Source: Oikopleura dioica (Eukaryota > Animalia > Chordata). From it: 64,000 nucleotides of DNA. A program made the translations under genes and the position numbers. Below are positions 34,862 through 46,785 of the stretch, piece by piece (position 1 is the first letter of the stretch; every line of letters starts with the position of its first letter). The notes under the pieces are model-generated. The model was given only the letters and a program-made list of their open reading frames with translations, was not told where the DNA came from and made no database searches. The stretch lies in assembly GCA_907165135.1 (NCBI GenBank), contig OU015570.1, positions 248,001 to 312,000 of the forward strand, read 5' to 3'.

Positions 34862-37119
34862 TGTAGGGCTCGAACAAGTCGAACCCTTATGGTTAAAAAG
34901 TATGAACTCTCTTTTAATTTGATAATTTGGTTTATTGCGAATATTCCGAATCTTGTCCCGCTTCTCGAGAGTCAGTTGGAGCACAGCTTATAAGGTGGTC
35001 GTAAATGGTAGTGCATAGAGACGCCCCTGGTGACCAGAGGATTGTGGATCGACTTATCGAACCCCACAATTCTCGGGCCTCCGGGGACATCCGGTCAATG
35101 GACGGTAAAGTGGCCCATGTGAGAGAAAATAAGTTGGATCGAAAAAGTTTTTAATCCATCTCTTCTGGCGGCACAAGCGGTCGTCGTTTTTTTTAGGTTT
35201 AAATAATCATATATGTGCATTTAAGGGAATGTCAGATCTGCATCATGACTGAGAATGATTATGAATTCAGTTTGTCAAAAGCGCGATAACACAGCTTGAT
35301 CGATGAACGCCAGTTAGAAAAGGAGTTATGGTGCGCGCTTTCTCTCTTGAGCTCACGCTTTGCCATAAAAGCTAAAGGACATGAATTAAAATAAAGATTT
35401 TGCTATGGAGCAAATGATGGACACGCTAGGACAAATAGAAATAAGAAAAGTGAGAATGAAATAAGCTATTGAATAAGATATAATAAATAAGACTTATGAT
35501 AAGAAAACAAAAGACTTGAGAGAAATGAAAAATATAAGCAGTAATAATTGACTTCTTTGGATTTCTTGGCGTTTTGCGGCGGACTGATAACACTAGGCTA
35601 CGATGAGTTGTACCTCGCATATTCTTGGTATCATCCAGTGAAGTAGTTTTGTTTCCTTCATTCCTTCTTTCTGCTCCTGAGATTGTTAGGAATGAGGCTC
35701 CGCTTCGCAGCGTTTCGGCTTGCGTGTGCGTCGAAACTCATCTTTCCGAACCCGGCCGGGGTTTTTCTTCGAATCTTCCTGATTTTCTGGTGACTTCCTC
35801 CAATTTTTGCTCATTAGGTCCCCTGCTGCATTATCTTTCCAATATTCTCTCAAAGAGCAGCATCATGTTTTGCTTTTTTCCGTTTCATCTCTTCTCTTCT
35901 TTCCATCACATATCGTATTCATCTCATCTTATCAATTGAGCCAATTCATTATTTTGAGTCAGAATCGTAAGTCACATACGAGTTCGAATCATCTTCCGAG
36001 TCGGTGTCACTTGAGGCATATGAGTAGCAGTCAGTGCAGCTAGACGAGTACTCATCATCAAAAGATCTCGATGATGATGATTCGCTCTCGTACATCCGGG
36101 AGACTAGAGATTCGAGCGCGTTGGTAAAGTCGTCGATGTTCTCGGTAGCGTCGTACTCGTCGTCTCTTAATCTGTTCCAGATGTCTAAAGCATCACCATT
36201 CGTTTTGTTCATGGACATAAAAATGGCTGCATCAGGTTTCAGGTTGTAGGTGTTTTTGAAAACCTCGATTTTTCTGACGAATCGTTGAACAGAGATCAGG
36301 TCCTCTTCTTCTGTACAGTTGTAGGGACGATGCCATGTCGGAGCGAATTCCAAGTGTTCTCTTTCGTATTTCGTAAGATCCATGTTTTCCCCTCTCTGGT
36401 AAGATCTGTTCCGTTGATGGTTGGTTTCGGTTTATCACCGAGAAGCTGCTGCGTATGCACGGTGGTAATTATCACAATTATCCAAAAGGTTAATTGGTGC
36501 ATATCAGCGGATGAATCTTACGGGGTAATTACGCTGTTAATTTGATGGTTGTTCGCTGACGGTGACCGCAAATTGCGTCGTTGATCTTTGGACGGTGAAG
36601 TTTACGGAGTTTTTTCTTTGGATAAGAAGGGTGTTTATCCAACAGGCGAATCGAGTTTCCAAGTCTCTGTGATGGTGTCCGTGTAGGTATGCCAATCGCG
36701 GGGTCGTTGGGTGTGTATTGAAGGTGTTTTTGTGTTCTGGCTAAGATTGATGCGGTTCGGTGATGTGTTTTGTTGGTGAGTTTTGCGTGGTGTTGTTGTG
36801 CTGCAGTTATAGTCTGTTATTTTCGACGTCTCTAGTGTAGAAGTGTTGTGTTGGCTGTGGTGGATGGCTCTCTCTTCGACCGGAGCGTCAGCTCGACACT
36901 TCAGTCACCATTTGTAGGGCTCGAACAAGTCGAACCCTTATGGTTAAAAAGTATGAACTCTCTTTTAATTTGATAATTTGGTTTATTGCGAATATTCCGA
37001 ATCTTGTCCCGCTTCTCGAGAGTCAGTTGGAGCACAGCTTATAAGGTGGTCGTAAATGGTAGTGCATAGAGACGCCCCTGGTGACCAGAGGATTGTGGAT
37101 CGACTTATCGAACCCCACA
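34862..37119 (-). mobile_element. Young non-autonomous LTR element, 2258 bp, gag-like ORF only
   Basis: Apparently identical 207-bp LTRs (34862-35068, 36913-37119), TG...CA ends, TSD CGAT, minus-strand PBS TGGTGACTGAAG (36910-36899), TATA and AATAAA on the minus strand; empty-site paralog at about 8295. Confidence 0.95.
35949..36383 (-). CDS. Gag capsid-like ORF (144 aa) with Ser/Asp-rich tail
   Basis: SVQRFVRKIEVF...GDALDIWNRL resembles retrotransposon gag; position inside an LTR element supports the call. Confidence 0.55.
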   Translation of the reverse strand: MDLTKYEREHLEFAPTWHRPYNCTEEEDLISVQRFVRKIEVFKNTYNLKPDAAIFMSMNKTNGDALDIWNRLRDDEYDATENIDDFTNALESLVSRMYESESSSSRSFDDEYSSSCTDCYSYASSDTDSEDDSNSYVTYDSDSK

Positions 37120-38221
37120 CGATGGCCTAGGGGCACCGCAAGGGTGGCAACGTTCAAACTTCTTCGGAAATTAATTATTTTTCAAATTTCCTTAATTAAG
37201 AAACAAAAATCAAAAAATGATAATAAAAATAAAAAAATAACTATAAAAAACTTAAGAAAAACTAATTTTTAAATAAAATCACATATTAAAGGAATGATTT
37301 AAAACATTATTTATTATTTGTAAAAACCATAATTTAAGAAAATAAGTGAATAATAAGCCTAACTTAGAATACGGGTGAGGGTGGGGGTGGGGACATGGCT
37401 GAGACAAATAAAGAAAGGTGAAAGCCCCGGCCTATGTCAAGCCCATTTAAAATTAAAAGCCAGGGACGGGGCTGAGACGGCCCGAAGGGCGGTCAATACT
37501 GAAAATGGCACGAATGGCACGGATGGCACAAACTCACTGAAAATGGCCCGAAAACAGAGACACATTTTTTTGCGAATTTACCTTGAGGAATATTATGAAT
37601 TAAACTTGGGAATTAACGGATTTAGTTGTAACGATAATTATTTAACAACTTGAAAAGTTTTTTCTGAAAATGGCACGACGAAAAGACCTGTTTTCGGGCG
37701 ATTCGTGCCATTCGTGACATTCGTGCCATTCGTGCCATTTTCAGTACTGTCGCGAAGGGCCGTCTAGCCCACTTAAAATTAAAAGCCAGGGACGGGGCTG
37801 AGACGGCCCGAAGGGCCGTCAAGCCCATTGAAAATTAAAAGGCAGGGACGGGGCTGAGACGGCCCGAAAGGCCGTCAAGCCCATTTTAAATTAAAAGCTA
37901 GGGACGGCCCGAAGATTTTAAACTTTCCTAAAATGGTCATTTTGTGCCAGACTTGCATTGTAGCATCTTATCTTTTGGCTTTTATAGGAAATGGATAATT
38001 TCCTGAAATAAATTAATAAATTAGTTATTTTGAAAAATTAATAATTTAGACCCTTTTTCATATTTCTAGGGCTTTTGTTTAAAAAGATTCTCAATATTTA
38101 TGATTTTAGAGCCATTTTATGAGGGTTACTTGAGTTAGCAAAAGCGCCAGACAGCGCTCTGGTCTGTTTTCTTTGTGAACACCCTTGGAGCGCCTGAGGC
38201 ATCGCGCCGCGCGCTCTTTAA

Positions 38222-38704
38222 CCCGTTGCCGAGCGCTCCGCTACATTGGCTTGCCGCTCGCGTAGCATCCTCAATGCTACGACTTTGAGCGCTATTTTCT
38301 CCCACTTCCACTTATTTTTTATGGAAATTTTTTCTCGGCATTATTTATCGAAGCCTCATCTATTACATTCTTATTATTTCTCACAAGTTAACTGGATCTA
38401 AAAACCGAAAATAGGGAAAGAAGAAGGGTTTCTTCAGCGGCGCCATTGTTCAAGTCTAGAGAAAAAGACAATGGCGCGCCGCAGAACAATAGAAAAGAAG
38501 CGCCGCGAGGGCTGACTTCCTTTTTCTTTCTTATTTTCTAGGGACAAATAAATATTATTATATAATTTGAAAGCGGCAGACCTATTCAGAAAAGGCTGAA
38601 ATTTCCTAAAATCAAAAATTTTTTGAAATCGGCATATTTGATCACGAGATATTTAGCTTGAAAGGCGCTTGTAGCATCCTGAATGCTACGCGCTCGGCAA
38701 CGGG
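38222..38704. mobile_element. piggyBac-type MITE
   Basis: TTAA-CCCGTTGCCGAGCGC...GCGCTCGGCAACGGG-TTAA. A further family member with one TTAA lies at 41224-41526. Confidence 0.85.
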
Positions 38705-39530
38705 TTAAAAATAGCTCATAATTTACCATAAAATGTCAATTTCGTAAAATTGAGGCCATCCTCCAAAAAAGGATTTCAGTTTCGAATTAAGAAGACAAAA
38801 TAACATATTTTTAACATTCTTAATTTTAAAAAACGGGCCATCTTGGGTGATTTTGAATTTTTACCCACTTTGCGCCCTCATAGTTTCTCAACCCTTTTAT
38901 AGATTTTTTTGGTTAAAGTGTCAAAATGCTTGTTTTTTATAGTTGTCTAGCATATCTTATTTTGAGAATTATACGAGCATTATTTCGGGTAGCTATTTTT
39001 TGAGCGTGGACCCTAATCATATTTGCTCAAGGCCTCAACCGTCTTACACGGAAGTTGCTCTGAGCTCGGGCTAGATGTAGCCTGGGGCGCACTGGTTATA
39101 TCGCCGAATGTCGCCGAATGTCGCTGAATGTCGCCGAATGTCGCCGAATGTCGCCACTTATTTTCAAATAATAGGGATTATGAAAGAAAATTGTTTTTTT
39201 GCCTAAATTTTCAAAACAAACTTGTTTTAGAAACGAAAAACGCGGAAATAGTAGAATGCGCGGCAAAAGAAGGGCAAAAGAACATTCGGCGACATTCGGC
39301 GACATTCGGCGACATTCAGCGACATTCGGCGACATTCGGCGACATGTAGCCTCCTTGGGAGTAAGCACTCGTCGGTGGGGCCCTTGCATCCTCTAAGCTC
39401 TGTTGGAGACCTTGCCGTTAAAGTTTGACCTCAACTCAAAGAGGCCCTTCGAAGTTAAAGTCATGTTTAAGCTTTAAATAGGCAGTGCACTATTCTTTTT
39501 ATAAATCTCGTATTTGATCTCAAGGAACAG

Positions 39531-39645
39531 CGACGCGATTACACAGAGCAACTCGGTAAAACCTTGCAGAATGCTTTTGAAATTGTTGATGAAAGTTTAA
39601 GATCATTTGGCGGGGAAATCAATAAACTTTTTATGTTTGACAAAG
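39531..39645 (+). CDS. ADCY10: Soluble adenylyl cyclase-like exon (C2, DK motif)
   Basis: LQNAFEIVDESLRSFGGEINKLFMFDK resembles sAC IQDAY...FQGQINKVFMFDK. Confidence 0.8.
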
Positions 39646-41805
39646 ACATGATTCTACAATCGCACAAATCGAGTTACCAAGTATTGAAACAATCCTTACG
39701 CACTGTTCCGGATTATTTTTTCAATAAAAATTGCAAAATTTTGGGAATTAAGCGTATTTTCACTTTAAGAAATTTTGGCCATATTTTTGCTCGACAAAAA
39801 TCTTTGTCTAAAATAACGGTAAACACCGACAACAGTTGGTTTCTATTTTCCGGGCAAATAATGTCCCCTCGTTTCCAAAAAATTTCCATATACAGTTTTT
39901 ATGGAATTTTTGGACATCAAATTTTTGGACATTTTTGCTATTATAAGGGGTTTTCTTGGGACACTTTTCAAAAGTGCCCGTATCAAATTTTGACATTTTC
40001 TGCGCCTAATTTTCAAATTTTCTGTTTATTTTTTTGCCAGATATGACGTTTTTCTTATTAAAAATCTTACTTTTTCTTTGAGAAAGATAAGATTGAAGGT
40101 TTATCTCGTACCCCTAAAACATTTTTTGTCTTAAGAAGAAGGATTAAACAAAGAATGATTGGGATTTTCCTCAAAAAAAATTTTTAAGCGATTTGGATGG
40201 GACATTTTTTTGGCCGCGTGTATCAAATTTTTGGACATTTTTGCGAAAATCTTGGGACAAAAAATGTCCAAAAATTCCATAATTTACTGTACAGTGAAAA
40301 CCAATTTTAAGGCCGATTTTCGGATGACAGCGAATTTCAAAAGTGGCCTAAAAATGGATATTTTTGTCTCGAGTTGGATGACAAAGAATTTTTTCATTCT
40401 TTGGAAAAAATGATGAATGAGGGTTATAGGCTATGCGTGACGATCAGAACTACCGAGAGCGACAAATTTCACGACGGAGCGCGTAATACATTGGGGCATT
40501 TGCGCGTCTTTTTCTTGCCCCGATCTTTTGCTCTTTTGGCGCGCGAATTGCGCCACGTGGGAATGGATCCTCCTCGAAGAACAACAACAACTCCCCGTCT
40601 AGAAACATTTTCCACAATTCCTTTCTCTCAAGAATTCGCCGAGGAAACTTTTTCTTTCTTCAATTCTTCTTACATTTGATTTATTTAAATAAAAATTAAT
40701 AAACTAAATAATAATAATATGCTAAAAATAAAAAATCTTAAAATTAAAAAATATATATTCAAGACTTGTAATCAAAACCATAATATGGTTGTAAATATTT
40801 TCAATTTGAATTTTATAAACAATGGGTGTGGGTGGGGTTGGGAACGTTACTGAGATTGATCACCTCGGAGTTCTTAGCCATCATCGAGCCCCTTTAATTT
40901 AAAAATCATGGAACGGGGCTGAGACGGCCCGAACAACATCTTTCAATCACTGGTTTTCCAGGAAGGCCGGTCTTCCACCTGAAAAAGTCCTCCAGGGGTC
41001 CTTCAAGAGTCACATGATCAAGATTATTCGTAATGATTATCTGTTTATAATATAGATCAATTTATCTAAAATAGTCTTTGTTAGACCTATCTTCCATCAA
41101 TTGGGTCTTCCACCAGATAAGGGTCCTCCATCAGGCATGGGAAAATACTAGAATGCGCGCAAAACAGGCAAAATCCCCGGCCGGCCTCACAGACTCCGTC
41201 GTGAAGTTTGTCGCTCTCGGTACCCCTATGCGTGACGCGGATGCATTCAGTGCATCCGACCCATCTAGAACAATTTTTTGCTTTTTTTGCCAATTTTAGA
41301 AGAAAAACAGCCTCAATTCGCTGTTGTAAGTGTCTAAGAGACCGAAATACCCGCTTCTTCGGCTTCGAAACAGGCTCGAAGTTACGTAACATGCATCAAA
41401 ATAGCTGTTCTCGAGACGAAAAGATTCATATTCTTTTTAAATTTTTGAATTCGGGCAAAATTTGAGAGAGAAATGGTCAGAAATCAATAAGCGGATGCAC
41501 TGAGTGCATCTGCGTCACGCATAGGGTTAAGGTACCTCATCTGGCCGAGGTCCCAAAAATTTTTAACGAAGATTGTTCTCCAGAGAATTTGCTTCAATTT
41601 GATATACATATTGCTTATATAACTGCCAGGTACTAAAAAGAGGGTCTTTAAAAACAGGTACCAAATACAAAAGAGTAATGCGGTGCGAAATTTTCATTTT
41701 TCGTAAGCTTCAATTTGCGCCCTTATCCTCCCCAAGATCTTCATCCAGTCAAAAGTTATTGATACCAAACCTAAAAAACGCGTCTTATTCAAGAATTCTC
41801 ACCTA

Positions 41806-42574
41806 CAGTCGTTACGCACAACTCCGGACATTTTACTTCAGCAAAAGGGCAAAATGTCCGGAATTGTGCGGATTCTAGATGGAAAAAATTTTTGTTTTCA
41901 AAATGCTTGTTTTAAATTCAAAACGTAAAATGTCAAGAAAAAGCAGAGAAAACGGCCAGGATTTACCCGTGTCGATGCAGAATTCCAGCAAAGGCAGTTT
42001 TACTGTAGATTGAATCTGGCGCCAGATACAAGGAAGTCAGAAAACATTACCAGAAGAAAGAACAGAAATAGCTGGCTAGATCATCATTCTACGACTGGAA
42101 AAATAAAGCAGATGAGATTCTTGCTGCTGGAAAGATTGCGAACCGTTGCCGACCAGACTACAAGCAGAGTGACATTCGAAAAGAGTACATTCGGAGAAAT
42201 ATAAAGACAAGGAAGAAATAACGTCAATGTCTTTCCATCCAGACCGAATAATCAAGTCGTACAATTTGAAAATTACACAGTCAGTTAGGACGATGGTCTT
42301 TCTTCGGGGAGATGAAAATGGAACTGGCTCGGCTAATGATTTCCTCGGACTGGATTTTGCGCAACTTGATCTTGGAGATGATCGCGAGCAAGTCGATGAA
42401 CAACGAGAAGAAGCCATTGTAATTGCACCTCAACAGAAGCCAGAAAAGCCGAAAAAACAAGCAAGCATTCTTAGTTATTTTGCAAGAAAATGATCGATTA
42501 AAATAAAAATTTCAGTTAAAATTTTTTGTCGAATTGTCCGGAGTTGTGCGTTCCGGAATTGTGCGTAACGACTG
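41806..42574 (+). mobile_element. Internally deleted pogo/Tc1-like element with coding remnant
   Basis: TA-CAGTCGTTACGCACAACTCCGG...CCGGAATTGTGCGTAACGACTG-TA; internal frame CCWKDC...*HSKRVH...QASILSYFARK*. Confidence 0.8.
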
Positions 42575-43785
42575 TATATAAAGGGGTTATCCATTTTAAA
42601 AGGCCCCAACTTAAAAGGGACTTTTGCGTAAATTTGGCAGATTTTGTCATCCTAAAATTCCAACTTAAGGCTGAAACCCTTGTTTTGGCATCTTCAAAAA
42701 CCCGACTTCCAAAACGGAAAGACCTTAATTCGTCAAACTCGTCAGACTCGTCATACTCGTCAGACTCGTCAAACTCGTCAGACTTGTTTTGATTTAAAAA
42801 TTATTTTGATTGCAATAAAGCAAAACTTCGATCCCTAGTTTCTAGAGAAAATATCAATATCAGCATCAAAAAATCAACACTGTCACAAAATTATCATAAC
42901 CTGAATTCGTCAAACTCGGCAGACTGGTCAAACGGTATGACTAGGCTTTACGGACTAAAATTTGGCCATTTTTTCTAGCTTAATAAGGGGGTTAGATTTT
43001 CAGGGTTTCAATACCTGAAATACATTAAGGATGTTCCAAGGAACAAAAAAATGTATTACAGCAAAATCATCAAGTCACGTGATCGGTGATAACACTGATA
43101 CGGCCTAATTCTTCGGCTTGAAGGCCGAAGGATTGATGCGTGTAAGAACACTGATTTTTCGGCGAAAACCGAAGAATAAGTGATAAAAAATGCACTGATT
43201 CTTCGGCTAAGGAAAATTTATCCACAGATTCCTCTGCCCCTTACCACGGGGCGCCGCCCCTTTGATCCTTAAATGCCGGGGTCTAGTCTATGGTTACTAA
43301 GGGTTACCTTTGGTAACCCTAACTAACCCTAGCCTATTCCCCTCGGGTAAGTTTGTTCTGTCATTTTGCCCAGTGCCCCCTAACCCTAACCTCAAATTAT
43401 ACAAAGTACTTATTGCTAAAAATGAGTTTTTCTCTAGAAAATGTCTTCGTTGCATAAGTAAGTGCATAAGTTGCGGTAAGTTATGACTCATAGATTTCAA
43501 TTAGCAAAAGATTTTTGATAATGGATTCTAGAAAATTTGCCGAAGAATCGCTATCAATTTAATAATTAATCCTTCGGTTCAAGGGAATTCTCAATATGGC
43601 GAAGAATCAGTGTTATTGAAAGCATCAATTCTTCGGTCTTGCCGAAGAATCAACCCATAGCACGACGTGATCGCGCTCAAATTTGCCCTGAAAGTGCTGA
43701 AAATGGGCCATTTTTAGTTTTCACGTGATTTGGCCACCTACGAGACTCACTATTATTAAAAATTATATATTTATAAAAAGAGTTC

Positions 43786-43853
43786 GTTTATTGCAGGCTT
43801 AACGTTTTCGGAACAGAAATTCCATCATCAGAGCCAGTTGCTTGTATAAAAAC
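43786..43853 (-). ncRNA. Minimal type I hammerhead ribozyme, second variant
   Basis: Minus strand: GGCU-CUGAUGA-U-GGAA(UUUCUG)UUCC-GAAA-ACGUU-A-AGCC, about 190 nt downstream of a Penelope ORF stop. Confidence 0.8.
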
Positions 43854-44026
43854 TTGACGATCTTTAATGAAAGGAGAGACTGACCTTGTCTTGTAGAAAA
43901 GTGAACTGATAAAAACCGAATAACAACCTCATCCCTTAACTAGTTCTGAGAATGACTTAAATCCCAAAATTTAAAAATATAAAATCAGAGGCTCCAACTG
44001 CCTTCGAAACTTGCCTCTGAACGGTA

Positions 44027-44215
44027 TCACAAAATATAGATTTTACGATGATTAACCTGTTTATTTAAACAAGGATCTTTTAGCACGATTTCGAGACCCT
44101 CGACTTGTTTTCTTTGATCATAGGGAAGATTTTTATGTAATATCGAAAAATGTGAGCTGATTAAATCGCGATTCTGGATTATTTTGCGTATATTTCTTTA
44201 TATTTTAATGATTTT
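44027..44215 (-). pseudogene. Penelope GIY-YIG C-terminal fragment
   Basis: HFSILHKNLPYDQRKQVEGLEIVLKDPCLNKQVNHRKIYIL*, homologous to the end of the 14-kb remnant. Confidence 0.8.
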
Positions 44216-44747
44216 TAAAGGAAACCGCGAGAAACCGCCATCGAACCAGCTGGTTAATGGCGGTTAACCGCGGTTAAATGAGTTAAAGCTTGGAAAGGGA
44301 TCGGTGAGAAACACAGTTGCTTAATTATCTGGCAACCTTTTATTTTTGATTGTTGGTTTATTTGTTAGAGCTTTCGGCTTTCGCCATCGTCAGTAACTAG
44401 TCAAGTTAAATACAGTTAGATCTTAAAATACACACCTTGTGAGTGCTGAGAAATAGTTTTTAACACTGATGAAGTTTTGACAGAAAAAGAACAACAAATG
44501 GAATCGTCTAGAGAATTTTGAAAGAATTTGAACAGCAAAAATATTCTTGAGCGGGTGATTGTTTTTGCTTTTAGGGCTCAAGAGTAGGTGGGTTAGAAGG
44601 CTGAGACTCTCAGCTTTCAGAAGAGCCCAAAAATCTATGACGAGTTTGACGAGTCTGCCGAGTTTGACCAATTAAGGTCCAACCTCCGAAACCGAAGGTA
44701 TCATCAAGGTCCCTGTTAAATAATTGCATGAAGAATCAACTAATCAG

Positions 44748-44860
44748 GTTGCACATTCTTAGCCGCTTTTGGACTTCCCGGTAAAAAATGAGAGAGAAGC
44801 TGCTTTCGCTCTCCAGTGCGCATCACTTATGAGTAAAACAATGTTATGGATGAAAAATAA
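44748..44860 (+). CDS. ADCY10: Soluble adenylyl cyclase-like exon with a 1-bp indel in an A run
   Basis: After CAG: (G)CTFLAAFGLPGK/NEREAAFALQCA, resembling sAC GCSFLCVFGFPG...ALECA. The A6 run at about 44783-44788 shifts the frame. Confidence 0.75.
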
Positions 44861-46785
44861 AGGTTTTTAAGAGGGTTGCAATTATTTTGATCTCGTTGAT
44901 ATTGTGTGGACAAGAATTCAGCCAAAACCTGATTTCCTGTCTCCGAGTCAGAACTCGTCTAGAACTTCGAATTGTGATACTCTCGACCAGAATTTGGATA
45001 AAAATATTTAAAAAACTTCACCTGAAAGCGAGAGCACTGACTATGGTCTGAACGGCTGAGCCAAAAAGAACAAAATTAAGGGTAGAACCAGGGCTGTCGG
45101 TTTAGAGTCCTTTCAAATTACTCGCGACTTTTTTTCGGGTAACCGCAAGTTTTTACGCGTTTTTACGCTTTACAATAATTACTCAGGCTGCCTTTTATTA
45201 AGTAAAAATATTTTTGTGAAGTTAATAATTTAATATTGTGATATTCTGGCCTGAAAGTTTCTCTAAAAATTCACTGTTTTCTTGTGCTGGTAGTTTTTAT
45301 TCTAGCACTTTGTTATGAATCGCCGTGAGAAAGCTAGGCGCGCTCTGATCGGTTAAAAACAAAGCAGCATCTGGAGGCCCTCTTTAAACGGAAGAATGAT
45401 TATTCTTATGAAACCAGACAGAATTTTTTAGAATAATTGAAAAAATCCAAAAACTGCTTCAAAATTCAACCCCTCTTTTTGGTCTAATGCCCCTCTCAAG
45501 GTGCAAATTGACCTGCAAAAGTATCTATCCACGCAGTTTGTTAGCTAGAAGAGCTTCCCAACCTCGATCCCCTGATCTCAGGGGATCATAATGTGGCTCG
45601 CATAAAAGAGCACAAAAAGTTCTTCCTAAAGAATCCTCAACATTTTTGGTGGCAAGATCACATGAGCCGCTAGAGGGAATTCAAATGTCCAAAATGGCCC
45701 TTTTTGCAACGTATTTTGGACTAAGTAGCCCTGGATTTTTACCTCAATTTTAGCTAGTTTTGGGTCCTTATAAAGCCTCTAGCGTCTCCTGTAAAGACGG
45801 CACCAAGAATTTTTTAACTAAGCTACTTGAACAAAAGACCTCTCTTTCTAGCCTAACAAGAAGATGTTACCATAAGGAGATCAAGCTCGGCAAGCTTTTC
45901 TAGCTTTTCGAGGGTCTGTTACCCGCGATCACGTGATCCGATCAAAAATTTTCAATTAGAATTTTTTCAATTGGGCTAAATAAACACTACTACAAAGTTT
46001 CGGGCGTTTCCATCAACGGGTACTTCAGGTTGATTTTTTGATCGTCGGCTCTACAAATGGCGCATTCAGTTTTTACAATTTATACTTGGTTCGTGCGAGA
46101 AATTTCTGAGAAGACCCTCCGCCTTTCATTTTTGATTCCCATGATTCAGTCACTTGCTCCAGAAATAAAAAATTTAGCGTCATCAAACTTAGTTGGAGAA
46201 TCACCCAACTTACGGGTGTCCCCAACGATCGGATCTGACTCATCTGAGTGTTCTTATTCGGTTGACCAAACAATTCTTTGTGAATTATGAGAAGCTGATT
46301 CTAAAGCTTCTTTCAGAAATTTTGTTGGAATTTTGTTAAAAGCATCACTTTATATATTGCATATTTAAATATGCATGCGATATAAATTTGGAAATATGTC
46401 AAGATTAATGCAAAGAAAAGTGTTTCAGCAACAATATTCTTTTCATAATTTCAAATTTGAACGAGTAGATCTCGAGAAAACGATCTCAAAGTTGTCCGAG
46501 ATTACAGGAGTCTACCTTCTTTGAAGAAGCGGGAGGGGATTAAAAATTATAAATTATTTTATTATAATTATAATATTATTATTTATTATAATTTATAATT
46601 TACAAAATCGGTCAAGATAAATGCAGAGAGAAGTGTCCAAATAATACTGTTCTTACTGATTCTTCGAGTAAAAACTGTCTGATTAGTAGAAAAATGAACT
46701 CAAAGTTGATCATGTTTCAAAAAATCGTTGGGGACACCCTTAAGGCCACTTTTCGAATTAGCTGTCATCCAAAAAGTGGCCTTAA

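Noticed and set aside
34970-35068. tRNA-like sequence in the 207-bp LTRs
   Set aside because: Weak A/B-box-like words only; no T arm or acceptor stem could be folded.
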